From Utricularia gibba (Eukaryota > Plantae > Magnoliophyta): a stretch of 64,000 nucleotides of DNA. Within the stretch, counting starts at the first letter, position 1. Each line of letters starts with the position of its first letter. Of the stretch, positions 63,844 through 64,000 are shown one piece after another. Both the position numbers and the translations under genes were made by a program. The stretch spans positions 3,100,001 to 3,164,000 of the forward strand of contig CM007989.1 in the NCBI GenBank assembly GCA_002189035.1, read 5' to 3'. The notes beneath the pieces are model-generated. The model did no database searches, was not told the DNA's origin, and worked only from the letters and a program-made list of their open reading frames with translations.

Positions 63844-64000
63844 ATGGCGCTTGAGGAAGGCATTGGCGTTTCTGCTCAGGTGAGTACCAAGGGAGAGGCT
63901 TCGAAGGTCGTTTTCACGGGGCTGAAAACGAAACTAGTGCTTGACGCTAATAAGACGATCGACGCTGTGGAGTTTTACAAAGCCGCATTCGGAGCGGAGG
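63844..64000 (+). CDS. VOC/glyoxalase-family protein (At5g48480-like), 5' part, truncated by the window end
   Basis: MALEEGIGVSAQVSTKGEASKVVFTGLKTKLVLDANKTIDAVEFYKAAFGAE contains the DAxxFYKxAFGA motif. A telo-box-like CTAGGGTTT lies at about 63819. Confidence 0.8.
   Translation, partial: MALEEGIGVSAQVSTKGEASKVVFTGLKTKLVLDANKTIDAVEFYKAAFGAE

Noticed and set aside
1-64000. CRISPR arrays, rRNA, prokaryotic operons or organellar insertions
   Set aside because: None seen. The window is spliceosomal-intron-containing plant nuclear DNA throughout.

Overview
Gene-dense plant (eudicot) nuclear DNA with mostly 65-140 nt GT-AG introns and AT-rich intergenic spacers. It is not prokaryotic, so I ignored the GTG/TTG/CTG starts in the ORF track and rebuilt gene models by hand. 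Genes from left to right: ATG18g/h (first exon only), an RLCK-VI/RBK kinase, an ERD6-like sugar transporter, a DNase I-like EEP protein, MBD4, RRP4, a small unknown ORF, ALKBH10, a four-gene MATH-BTB (BPM-like) array, EDL3 F-box, a group-O (zeatin O-glucosyltransferase-like) UGT, an intronless SNM1B/Apollo nuclease, a DVL/RTFL peptide, a candidate unannotated 4-exon microprotein, IPT3-like, a PhzF/DAAR racemase, TBL, GOT1, a GPI-anchored nsLTP, GCH1, a TMK LRR-RLK and a VOC/glyoxalase (partial). Mobile DNA: two solo LTRs with target-site duplications (one CRM-like, one Tekay-like) and small MITE/SINE/LINE remnants. Six otherwise intact genes each carry a single 1-bp deletion in a short base run, most likely long-read consensus error rather than pseudogenisation. 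Most interesting: the divergent BPM array (with an overlapping convergent pair and a solo LTR inside it), the intronless Apollo gene, the candidate myristoylated microprotein, and the IPT/ZOG-like neighbourhood. All family assignments come from remembered motifs; no database search was run.
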